From an uncultured archaeon (GTDB lineage Archaea; Asgardarchaeota; Lokiarchaeia; Sigyniarchaeales; SOKP01), in the NCBI GenBank assembly GCA_964493715.1, contig CAZBPC010000063.1, positions 1 to 19,980 on the forward strand: a DNA stretch of 19,980 nucleotides, read 5' to 3'. Positions 1 to 8,395 of the stretch are shown piece by piece. Position 1 is the first letter of the stretch. Each line of letters opens with the position of its first letter. Under the pieces are notes generated by a model that searched no databases, had not been told where the DNA came from, and saw nothing but the letters and a program-made list of their open reading frames with translations. The position numbers were made by a program, and so were the translations under genes.

Positions 1-380
1 ATGTCTTAAAAGAAATGAATAAAAAGGTGGATCTAGAGAAACTTGCAGATGATTTATTGTCAATTTCTGCGAGAGGGGGAACAAGAATACAAAGCGCTCT
101 TGAATGGGCTAGAAAACAGTTTAACGAAAATTCGAGTTCGCGCGAAAAGTTAAACGTGTTATTTACTGACGCAGAAATTTATGACATTCAACAAGCATTG
201 GAAGAATTGCGAAAATATCGCTCTCTTGGGATAGATTTCATATTGGTTTGCCCTGAAACTTCTTTTGACTTGAAAGAAGCGGAAAAGATAATAAAAGTAG
301 CGGGAGGGCAATTAATTACAATTAAAGATTGGAATGAATTTCCTAAATTAATTTCTGATATAATTAAATCGAGATTTTGA
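1..380 (+). CDS. von Willebrand factor type A (vWA) domain protein, C-terminal part (5' truncated by the window edge)
   Basis: The frame is open from the window edge (VLKE precedes the Met at 15). It contains the vWA/MIDAS-type motifs GGTxIxxAL and VLFTDAE, followed by the final beta-alpha units of a Rossmann-like fold. Confidence 0.8.
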   Translation, partial: VLKEMNKKVDLEKLADDLLSISARGGTRIQSALEWARKQFNENSSSREKLNVLFTDAEIYDIQQALEELRKYRSLGIDFILVCPETSFDLKEAEKIIKVAGGQLITIKDWNEFPKLISDIIKSRF

Positions 381-384
381 GGAA

Positions 385-2742
385 TTGACGAAAAATACAC
401 TATCTGAAATAATTGTAGAATTGTTTGATAAAGAAAAGGTCACAATAGCGTCAGAATTTCCAAATAATAAAATTAATATAATTTCTTGTAAAGAAGATCC
501 CATTCAAATTAGGAGTCTTGTCTTGGATAATGATCGAGAGTTTCATATCATTATCAATGAAAAAAAAAAGGAAATTTTTCATGATTGCCCAACATTTTTA
601 TTTGAAGGTGAAAGAAATGAAAAAATTTGCATTCATATAATTAAATTATTTCTATTGCTTAAAGATAATATTTCTATAAAGATTCTTAGAGAATTGAGTG
701 AGTATGAACTTAGCTATGAGGATTTTGGTTCCAAAAAAAAAAGTAAAAATTTTCTAGAATTAGCAAAACGATGTCTCGATTCCAACAATTGTATTGAGAG
801 CTTAAGTTATCTTAATAAAGCTATTCTAAACCAGAGTGATTGTGAGCCTATTATTGAAAAATATTTGGAAACTTCAATTAGTAATAATCTCTTCATCGAG
901 TTTTTTGAATTTCTTAAAAATGGATATGAGAATGAATTAGACGAGTTTTTCATAAAATACAGTAACTTAATTGAAAATGGTTTTTCCAAGTTTATGAAAT
1001 CCGTTTCCTTGTATTCATTTTTCGATATACTACGCATAGTAGAGTCCATAGATAGCTTTTTAGGAAGATATAAATTCCAAAACTCAACTTATCTTTTTTC
1101 ATTAACGAAAATTTTACTAGAACAGATAAAATCAGATAATTTTAACGAAGTTTATTTTTCTACTTTTTTTGTAAAGAAAAATCTAACGAAGTTGATGGAA
1201 ATAAATCCCAAGATCAATGAATTTGTATTACATGAAAATTTTGAAAATTTTAAGGAAAAAATTTTAGCTTATTTTTTTGAACAAATTGATAATTTCTGTG
1301 TTATCGACAAATTAGAATTAATGAAAAGGCAATTTGATGTATTTGAAATTCCAAAGGAAGCATATCTGTTAAAATATGATAATTACAGAAAAGAAATAGA
1401 TGCTTTAAAGAGAAAACTATATTTGAAAAAATTTGCTTTTATAAAACTACTAATTGATAAATATAGAATTAAAGTCACTAAAGTTGATTTAAGAAAACAA
1501 AGAAATACTTATATAATCAATCACGATAAAGAAAATTTAAAAAATTCTGCTTATAATTACATTATAAACCATATCGGGTTCACTGGAATAAATAATTCTA
1601 AAATCAAATCTTCAGAAATTGGTATTAATTATTTAATCATAAAAGAATTGTTTACTGATGATTTAAAGCCTTTTGCCGATATTTTTTACTATTATAAACA
1701 ATTTTGGGGAGAAGATGAGGATTACAATATAAACTTGATAGATGGATATTCTCTCTTGAGTAAACCCATCGAATATAATTATGATATTGATATGTCTAAA
1801 AATACAGAAGATATAACGATAATAGAATGGGATTTAGCCAGTAAGCCGAAACAAGGAAGTATAGTTAATGCATACGGCTCTCAAATAATAATTCCTGATA
1901 AAAACAATTCCCTTTTTCATGACTTAAAACCTTTTGATTTGTGTTATTGTTTAAAAAACCCCGTTAAAATTGAAGGAAGCGTTATAAAAACAGTTAATGT
2001 TTTGATGAAATGTTCCTTTGAAGATGCTATTAATAGCATCGCAAAAGGGATGACGTATATAGAGGGGTATTACCCTCTTTCACTTGTAAAGAAAGTAATA
2101 CAAAAACAACTTAACATTTTTGAAGCATATGAACTTGTAGCTAATGATCGAAATAAATCTTTTGTACCCAATTATCAAAATTTCTTAGAAGCATTTAAAC
2201 AATTTCTTTTTTCCTATATTGATAAAAACAAGGATTCAGTATTTAGCCAATTAAGATTAAATGAGGAAGAAAACCACACAAAGTTCTTGCTTTTATTAGA
2301 TTTAACTAACGAGTTAGCAGGAATGAATCTTCCTTATAAAGAAATAATTAGTAAATTACTTAAGACTGAAACCCATTTAAGTAGCTTTAGAGCAAGATTT
2401 CTTGAAGAAGTTCACTTATATATGAAAAATTTACTTGAAAATAATGGAATTGGGAGTACAAGGATCTTTAATTTAAAAAAGATGCACAACACGCCTTTTG
2501 TAAGATACATCGATGAAATTTCTAAGATTAGAAAAATAGAATTTGAAACTTCACTAATTAATATAAAAATTTTAGATGATAATATTGAATACAATCTTTC
2601 AGAAATCTGCAAAACCTATTATGGAGAAAAATTTTTGCATATCTTAAAATTAGAGAATCGTTCTTCATTAAATCGAAAAGATTTTAAGAAATTTGAAGCT
2701 CTTTCCAAAAAATTAAACCTTAAATTAAAAATTAATGATTAA
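385..2742 (+). CDS. SWIM-like zinc-finger protein with a long helical (partly TPR-like) body, 785 aa
   Basis: The N-terminal HDCPTF...KICIH matches a SWIM variant (HxC...CxH) preceded by beta strands. TTG start lies 4 nt after the vWA stop with GAGGA upstream, suggesting coupling. The rest is not recognised. Confidence 0.6.
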   Translation: MTKNTLSEIIVELFDKEKVTIASEFPNNKINIISCKEDPIQIRSLVLDNDREFHIIINEKKKEIFHDCPTFLFEGERNEKICIHIIKLFLLLKDNISIKILRELSEYELSYEDFGSKKKSKNFLELAKRCLDSNNCIESLSYLNKAILNQSDCEPIIEKYLETSISNNLFIEFFEFLKNGYENELDEFFIKYSNLIENGFSKFMKSVSLYSFFDILRIVESIDSFLGRYKFQNSTYLFSLTKILLEQIKSDNFNEVYFSTFFVKKNLTKLMEINPKINEFVLHENFENFKEKILAYFFEQIDNFCVIDKLELMKRQFDVFEIPKEAYLLKYDNYRKEIDALKRKLYLKKFAFIKLLIDKYRIKVTKVDLRKQRNTYIINHDKENLKNSAYNYIINHIGFTGINNSKIKSSEIGINYLIIKELFTDDLKPFADIFYYYKQFWGEDEDYNINLIDGYSLLSKPIEYNYDIDMSKNTEDITIIEWDLASKPKQGSIVNAYGSQIIIPDKNNSLFHDLKPFDLCYCLKNPVKIEGSVIKTVNVLMKCSFEDAINSIAKGMTYIEGYYPLSLVKKVIQKQLNIFEAYELVANDRNKSFVPNYQNFLEAFKQFLFSYIDKNKDSVFSQLRLNEEENHTKFLLLLDLTNELAGMNLPYKEIISKLLKTETHLSSFRARFLEEVHLYMKNLLENNGIGSTRIFNLKKMHNTPFVRYIDEISKIRKIEFETSLINIKILDDNIEYNLSEICKTYYGEKFLHILKLENRSSLNRKDFKKFEALSKKLNLKLKIND

Positions 2743-2749
2743 AAATCTA

Positions 2750-2899
2750 TTATAAATCTTCAAAACATAATTTTCCATAAAAATTATCATGTCCTGGGAT
2801 GTAGTAATATTTACCGTCTCGTATTTTATTGATTGCATCAATTATATTTGAAGGAACACCATCAAAATTGCTAGATCCTTCCCAAACATTATATCCTCC
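2750..2899 (-). pseudogene. Orphan 3' fragment of the EndoQ-like gene (about 49 codons, with its own stop)
   Basis: The reverse strand reads GGYNVWEGSSNFDGVPSNIIDAINKIRDGKYYYIPGHDNFYGKLCFEDL*, versus GEYNIWEGSSNFNSIPSNIIDAINKIRNGKYYYIPGHDNFYGRLCFENGE* at the end of 7013..8212. The upstream part of the gene is absent. Confidence 0.9.
2759..2899. repeat. Imperfect direct repeat, copy 1 (141 bp; partner at 7025-7165)
   Basis: Manual ungapped alignment at offset 4266 gives 13 mismatches in 141 bp (~91% identity). Confidence 0.95.
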
Positions 2900-2900
2900 A

Positions 2901-2916
2901 TAAAAAAAATTAAAAA
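2901..2916 (-). terminator. Possible oligo-T terminator of the 37-aa ORF
   Basis: The minus strand reads TTTTTAATTTTTTTTA about 30 nt after the stop at 2945. T-runs are common in this AT-rich DNA. Confidence 0.3.
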
Positions 2917-2944
2917 TAGTTTATTTGATTAATAAGCTTTTATA

Positions 2945-3058
2945 TTATGGTCCTCCACCACTTCCATTATAACCTAATACAACGCTAACCATAGGTAAAA
3001 AGGAAGTAATGCTAATTAATACAAATAAAAGAACGCTATATACTTTAAATAAATTCAA
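2945..3058 (-). CDS. Unannotated 37-aa protein, signal-peptide-like with a short Gly-rich tail (MNLFKVYSVLLFVLISITSFLPMVSVVLGYNGSGGGP)
   Basis: Translated by hand. TTG start lies 7 nt after an AAGGT SD-like motif (3066-3070). It has a Lys-containing n-region, hydrophobic core, Pro turn and V-L-G (-3/-1) site, and a TTTAAATA box upstream (3115-3122, minus strand). Confidence 0.6.
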   Translation of the reverse strand: MNLFKVYSVLLFVLISITSFLPMVSVVLGYNGSGGGP

Positions 3059-3209
3059 ATTAATTACCTTTTTATTAAATGAAATGAATTGATGTCATTT
3101 TTTCTATATTATTCTATTTAAACAGAAAGAATTTTCTAAATTAACAAAATTATTAATTCAATTTTTCTTTAAAAAGAAACAATTTATTCTATTCAAAAGG
3201 AGTTCTGAT

Positions 3210-3224
3210 GAAAAAGTTTAAAAA
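3210..3224 (+). promoter_or_regulatory. Putative archaeal BRE-TATA promoter of the 1215-aa gene
   Basis: GAAAAAG-TTTAAAAA about 45 nt upstream of the TTG at 3270. Confidence 0.45.
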
Positions 3225-3269
3225 GTAAATTACAGCATATTAAATTCAGGACAAAAATTAAATAACAAA

Positions 3270-6200
3270 TTGATAAATTTGGTTAACTCTCCTAATTTAG
3301 ATAGTTTGAAAAAATCTGTTATTGATGACCCTATTAAGATAAAACAGATATTCCTTTCTCTAATAAATGAGTTAAAAGCTTATCTAAATTTAGAAGTAAT
3401 CAATAAGAAAGTAAGAATAGATATTGTCGATGAAATTATAAAAATTATAGATTTTGATACAAGATTAACTAATTATGGAGTAAATAGATTTATTAAAGAG
3501 GGAGTATATCATATTAAACTCTTTAAGGATTATAAAGAGTTCTTCCCCTTTTTAATACTTCAAAGTGCTTATCTTATTTTTATTCCAAATAATTTAAAAG
3601 AAACCAATCTCATTGATTTTGTTATTAACCAATTTGTTGAAATAGATTTACAAGAATTCACATCAGCTAACGAATGGAAGTCGTTTATACGAGAAAAATA
3701 TGTAAATTACAATTTTCTAGCTAATCAATCTGATAAATTTCGCTTTGATAAATTCCTTGAATTAGAAGACAGTCACTCTACCGAAAGACCAAAACGGTAC
3801 TTTTTTGAATATGTTAGACGAAATCCCAACTTAAATTATGTTGATAATTTACATTTTACTCTTGGAAAAATATATGAAGATTTTATGTTCAAATCTTCAA
3901 AAAATTTACAGAGTAATGAGATTACAGAAACTCTTAGAATTTTAACTAAAATTTTCTACAAAATAAAAAACTGTGATACTTTGGAAGGATTTTATAACTA
4001 TTTTAAGTCTTTTAAAAATCAAGGAATCATCCATACCGATTTAAGTTTGCGGAGATTCAGTAAAAACTTACGGTGGATAAATACATATAGTTACATAACC
4101 CCCACATATTATTTCGATTGGAAAGCACTTAATATAGCTCTTTTAGTATGCTATCTTAAATTTAATCCCCTTTTAGAAAAAGCTCAAATTGATAAGATAA
4201 TTAACCAAATGCCATTTATAATTATGCCAAAGCTTTCGGTAACTAATTTTTCTGTAGAATTATCAGCATTTTTTGTCATTCCAGAGATATATGTAGAAGA
4301 TTTGAAATTTATGTTAGAAAAAATGGAACAAAATGGATATATAATAAAAAAATTTTGTTCTTTAGCAAAAAAATATGTTTTTTCCTTGAATTTAAATTAT
4401 TTTAGAGAATCTTATAAAAGTGGTCAAATAATTAACCATAATAATAAAAAACACTCAAAAGACTACGAACTCGAATTTATTCAGAATTATAGTAAAAAAT
4501 TTAGTAAAGCAAATCTTACACTCTTAGATTTTTTAATTTTGGAGAGAATAAGATTCTTTTCCTATGTTGGAATAAACTTTTCAAGAAGAAAGGAAATTTC
4601 TAATATAATAAAATCCGATTATTATAATTTTTTCTTAAGTGAAAATGGTTTAACTAAAGAATTAGAAAAAAGTTTACAAGCATTAATTGATTCTCCTATA
4701 CTCCGAAAAGATTTCCTTAATTTTTTAGTTAGAAATGAAAACTTTGGGTTTTTCTATATTAAGGATGAGTTAGAAAAATGGGTGAATTACTCTCAAATAA
4801 TTGAAAAAGAATCGAAAGATACTATGAATGATTTTATTCAATTTAAAGAATTTTATGAGAAAGAGCACACCTTACAATTAATTGAAGAATATGGTATTTT
4901 TGACATTGTAGATCTAAATTCCTATACTTTTAAAAATCTCTTCTTAGATTATTTAAATTCTAGAGAAAAATATGTAAAAGAACTTGAAAAATTCCGATTT
5001 TTTTACCAATTTTTAAAATTATGCTCTAATTTAAAAATATTTAATATCAAATCAATTAAAAGTATAATTTCTAATCTAGAATTATTAAAGGAAATTACTC
5101 AAATAAAAAAAGAACGCCTTAGAGATTTAAAAAAAAATAATAAAATTTATGAAATATCGAATAAAACAATCAATCTTAGGATCAATGAATTTATTAATAA
5201 TAATCCAAAGATAATCAAACCTTATTTAATTGATAGTATTTGGACAAACTCAATCTCAAGCTATTTTCCTCAATTAATTTTAAAGAATTCACCAGAAGTT
5301 AAAGTCATAATTGATAAAATTAAAAAGTGGCTTCCAAAAATTTATTTCTACGAAACAACAGATTTATTCGATAAGCAAGAATATATCTTCTTACAACTTT
5401 TTATCCCATATTTGAAGCATAACGAAAAAATTATGTTTGTATCAATTTTATCTAATATTTTTAAAAAAAACATTATTTCTTTTAAAAGATTTTCTTGGAA
5501 CGGATTATTACAGACTTTTTCAAGAAAAGATTTTTATGATTTCAATAAGAGAGCATTTTTCTATACTAAAGATCTTTTTGACCAATATTTTCTTTATATT
5601 AAAGGAGTTTTGGGTGTAGAATTAAAACCATTAAAAAAAAAATCAGTTAGTACGATTAATCATTGGTCTAAAAAAGAAAATATGGCAAATCTTATTAAGA
5701 AAATCAACAGAAGAATTAGATCTGAATGTATCAGTTTTAATCCAAATGATATTCAAAAATTAATACATTTTCACTTAAATCTTGAAAAATATTTTATGAA
5801 TAAAGAAGAATTTCAAATAATAAAAAAAGAAAATTTCTTTAGACAATATATAAAATCAATAAAACTACTTCCTGCTTTCCAAAATTTTGGATTAGGGCAA
5901 TATTTTTTATATATTACTCCTTTTGATGTAGAAGATGTAGATTTCAAAATATTATTTACTAATACCTTTCAAAAAATTAAGCATATTGCATCAATTAGTA
6001 GTTCTAATTCCTTGTTTATTAAATATCTATTTCCTTATAATAAGCCCAATACTTCATACATTAACTGGTTGAGAAGCAAAAACAAAATTAGAGAATATTG
6101 CCTATTTACTATTAATTCTATGTCTCAGATTTTCCATTTCAGCTATAATTTAAGTTCAAATGGATGGTATTTAGATCCTAATAATTTTAAAACTTATATA

Positions 6201-6917
6201 CAAAACATTCTTTTCAATCCAAATTATAAAACTCCAACCTCAGAAGTGAAAAATTTTGATATTGGTGATTTATTAATTCCAGATTATTATAAACCAGATT
6301 CTCCCTATTTTAAAGCTTTATTACAGATATATAATTGGCATTCTATTGATATTAAGGAAAAATATAATATTATTAACCAATCTATCTTCGATGACATTCA
6401 AGCTTTAATTAAAAAAAAAATCATCTTTCCCTTTATTACTCCAAAAAATTTAGGATTGAATGAAATTATCCAAATTATTTTGTTAAATCTAAAAAAAGAT
6501 ACAATTGATATACTTAAATGCATGTTTCAGTATTTCAATTTAGGTTTTGTTTACGAAATTGAAGGAGAGTATTATATACACGGATTTAATGAGAAGAAAA
6601 AGATTTATAGTGGACTAATGATCAAATTATATCTTCCAGATTGCGAACTTGGTGAATTTTTAAGAATTTTTGAATACATATTTCAATACTTAAAGGTTGA
6701 GAAATATTTGATATTAACTGATTTGGTTAAAGCTGACTCTATTATCAAATCGGTCTATGGAAATAACAATTTTCTTGAAAAATATAATCCCATACAGAAT
6801 TTAATTTGGGATAAAAAAACTAAAAAGTGGGTGAACCATAAATTGTTTAGTAAGAATTTTGAATATTTGTATCCTGAATTAATTTTAAAAGGAGGATCTC
6901 ATACGAGTTTAAACTGA
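3270..6917 (+). CDS. Large 1215-aa protein with about four tandem Lrp/AsnC-like (HTH plus ferredoxin-like RAM) modules; putative regulator or sensor
   Basis: Long intact ORF with no obvious TM segment. Recurring helix-linker-beta/alpha units: ITPTYYFDWKALNI (~aa 275), IIKPYLI (~aa 650), LLPAFQNFGLGQY (~aa 866), LIKKKIIFPFITPKNLGLNEI (~aa 1045). These resemble the Lrp linker. The fold assignment is by eye only. Confidence 0.5.
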   Translation: MINLVNSPNLDSLKKSVIDDPIKIKQIFLSLINELKAYLNLEVINKKVRIDIVDEIIKIIDFDTRLTNYGVNRFIKEGVYHIKLFKDYKEFFPFLILQSAYLIFIPNNLKETNLIDFVINQFVEIDLQEFTSANEWKSFIREKYVNYNFLANQSDKFRFDKFLELEDSHSTERPKRYFFEYVRRNPNLNYVDNLHFTLGKIYEDFMFKSSKNLQSNEITETLRILTKIFYKIKNCDTLEGFYNYFKSFKNQGIIHTDLSLRRFSKNLRWINTYSYITPTYYFDWKALNIALLVCYLKFNPLLEKAQIDKIINQMPFIIMPKLSVTNFSVELSAFFVIPEIYVEDLKFMLEKMEQNGYIIKKFCSLAKKYVFSLNLNYFRESYKSGQIINHNNKKHSKDYELEFIQNYSKKFSKANLTLLDFLILERIRFFSYVGINFSRRKEISNIIKSDYYNFFLSENGLTKELEKSLQALIDSPILRKDFLNFLVRNENFGFFYIKDELEKWVNYSQIIEKESKDTMNDFIQFKEFYEKEHTLQLIEEYGIFDIVDLNSYTFKNLFLDYLNSREKYVKELEKFRFFYQFLKLCSNLKIFNIKSIKSIISNLELLKEITQIKKERLRDLKKNNKIYEISNKTINLRINEFINNNPKIIKPYLIDSIWTNSISSYFPQLILKNSPEVKVIIDKIKKWLPKIYFYETTDLFDKQEYIFLQLFIPYLKHNEKIMFVSILSNIFKKNIISFKRFSWNGLLQTFSRKDFYDFNKRAFFYTKDLFDQYFLYIKGVLGVELKPLKKKSVSTINHWSKKENMANLIKKINRRIRSECISFNPNDIQKLIHFHLNLEKYFMNKEEFQIIKKENFFRQYIKSIKLLPAFQNFGLGQYFLYITPFDVEDVDFKILFTNTFQKIKHIASISSSNSLFIKYLFPYNKPNTSYINWLRSKNKIREYCLFTINSMSQIFHFSYNLSSNGWYLDPNNFKTYIQNILFNPNYKTPTSEVKNFDIGDLLIPDYYKPDSPYFKALLQIYNWHSIDIKEKYNIINQSIFDDIQALIKKKIIFPFITPKNLGLNEIIQIILLNLKKDTIDILKCMFQYFNLGFVYEIEGEYYIHGFNEKKKIYSGLMIKLYLPDCELGEFLRIFEYIFQYLKVEKYLILTDLVKADSIIKSVYGNNNFLEKYNPIQNLIWDKKTKKWVNHKLFSKNFEYLYPELILKGGSHTSLN

Positions 6918-7012
6918 AATATGAGATGAAATTTTTAGAAATTAAATTTGAAGAAAATTACTTCCTGATAGTTTAATTTGTTAGGATATAGTAAATTTTA
7001 ATAACAAATAAT

Positions 7013-8212
7013 TTATTCTCCATTTTCAAAACATAATCTTCCATAAAAATTATCATGTCCTGGGATATAGTAATATTTACCGTTTCGTATTTTATTGATT
7101 GCATCAATTATATTTGAAGGAATACTATTAAAGTTGCTTGATCCTTCCCATATGTTATACTCTCCTTGATTTTTTTCCACAATTTTATGATATATTTCTA
7201 AGTTTTTCCTGTTATATTCTGAATTCTTATTTATAATAGCAATCAATTGAAGGAGAGGAATGATATATTGAAATTTATCGCTATTTACACCCTCTTGGTC
7301 TTTTAATTCATAAATTCGAGATAACACCCCTTTGGTAAGTCTCTTTCCACAATAAGGGCAATCAATATTATTTCGCTTGGGGCTACAAAAATAGTCAATT
7401 CCATCATCATGCCTTTCTCCTCTATGTCCATCATAATAATATTTACCTCCAGAAGGTTTAAATTCATAGGTCTTAACTATCTTATTCATTCTTATAGATT
7501 TAATAATTTCCCGGTATTTTAATCTATTAGGCACATATAATTTTGTTGCTTCTCTGCCAAGTCTATGAAAATTCACTGAATGAGCATCAGAATTAGATAA
7601 AATAGTTAAATCATCTAATTCTGATAGATTTCTAATTAATATTGGATCAGCACTTAATCCAGATTCAATAGCATTAACGTGTTTCCTTCCCTCTCCTAAT
7701 GCTTCTTTAAGAGATTTAAATTTACATTGAGCGCCTAAGATACCAAAATATGGCGTAAAAATATGAGCCGGTATTATTTCAATTAAAGAATCGATTTTTT
7801 TTAACCCTATTATAAAATTTTCAGCCGATAAGTAAACTTTAGGTCTCCCATCCTCTGCTAATGCTCCATGAGCTGAAAGAAATTGATAGACTTCATTCAA
7901 AACATTAAAATTAGGAATTAAGATTATGAAATGTACTTTTTTAAGTTCTCCCTCTATTTTCCAGATGAGTTCTATTTCGGTTTGTAAGATAAATTTAATT
8001 TCAGGAATTTTAGGATGATAATAAATACCATTATCAGATTCTTCAAGTTCAAACTGTAATTGCTTAAACCAAGATGGATGTAAACAATCTCCTGTACCAA
8101 CAATTTCTAATCCTTTTACCTTACTATTTAAAGCGATGTTGAAAATCGTTATTCGTTCGCTAGTTCCCCCAGAAAATTTGCTATGGATGTGTAAATCAAC
8201 AAGGATCTCCAT
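7013..8212 (-). CDS. endoQ: Endonuclease Q family (PHP domain plus Zn-finger; TIGR00375-like) DNA repair nuclease
   Basis: Motifs DLHIHSKFS, KGLxxVGTGD, HFIIL, DGRP, IPAHIFTP, ESGLSAD, SNSDAHS, LGREAT, GKYYYDGH, CPYCG..LTKGV..R and a C-terminal PGxDxxYG. Confidence 0.85.
   Translation of the reverse strand: MEILVDLHIHSKFSGGTSERITIFNIALNSKVKGLEIVGTGDCLHPSWFKQLQFELEESDNGIYYHPKIPEIKFILQTEIELIWKIEGELKKVHFIILIPNFNVLNEVYQFLSAHGALAEDGRPKVYLSAENFIIGLKKIDSLIEIIPAHIFTPYFGILGAQCKFKSLKEALGEGRKHVNAIESGLSADPILIRNLSELDDLTILSNSDAHSVNFHRLGREATKLYVPNRLKYREIIKSIRMNKIVKTYEFKPSGGKYYYDGHRGERHDDGIDYFCSPKRNNIDCPYCGKRLTKGVLSRIYELKDQEGVNSDKFQYIIPLLQLIAIINKNSEYNRKNLEIYHKIVEKNQGEYNIWEGSSNFNSIPSNIIDAINKIRNGKYYYIPGHDNFYGRLCFENGE
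7025..7165. repeat. Imperfect direct repeat, copy 2 (inside the 3' end of the EndoQ-like gene)
   Basis: Partner of 2759-2899; 13 mismatches and no indels. Confidence 0.95.
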
Positions 8213-8288
8213 GGTATATCTAAAAATCTAGTTTACATATATCTTTTATTTAGAATTTTTAAAATCCACTAAGATCTTCATAACGTAG

Positions 8289-8308
8289 GGAAAAATTGTT
8301 TATAAAAA
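8289..8308 (+). promoter_or_regulatory. Putative BRE/TATA in the divergent endoQ-coaBC intergenic region
   Basis: GGAAAAATTG-TTTATAAAAA. The TTTATAAA core is palindromic and could serve either direction. Confidence 0.4.
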
Positions 8309-8395
8309 GTTAGAAATTATAGGGATGTGTTTCCATTATTTTTATATTCCAAATGAAATTTAATTACATATAAATATATGATATAATGATAAATT

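Larger units (their letters stand above)
2900..7165. mobile_element. Putative 4266-bp islet inserted at the 3' end of the EndoQ-like gene (no integrase visible)
   Basis: Bounded by the duplicated gene 3' end. Removing one repeat unit would leave an intact endoQ-like gene whose stop lies 7 bp from the convergent SWIM-gene stop. Confidence 0.55.

Noticed and set aside
3198-3228. AGGAG followed by the mini-ORF MKKFKK* (3208-3228)
   Set aside because: Only 6 codons, and it coincides with the BRE-TATA-like motif, which explains the sequence more simply.
3270-6917. Low GC of the 1215-aa gene as evidence of foreign origin
   Set aside because: The neighbouring SWIM gene outside the repeats looks similarly AT-rich, so composition does not discriminate.
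6918-7012. Short ORF MKFLEIKFEENYFLIV* after the large gene
   Set aside because: Only 16 codons, with no well-placed SD motif and no recognisable features.
2759-7165. The repeat pair as the TR/VR of a diversity-generating retroelement
   Set aside because: Mismatches are not confined to adenines of one copy: at best 8 of 13, and those are in the intact gene copy. No reverse transcriptase is present in the window.
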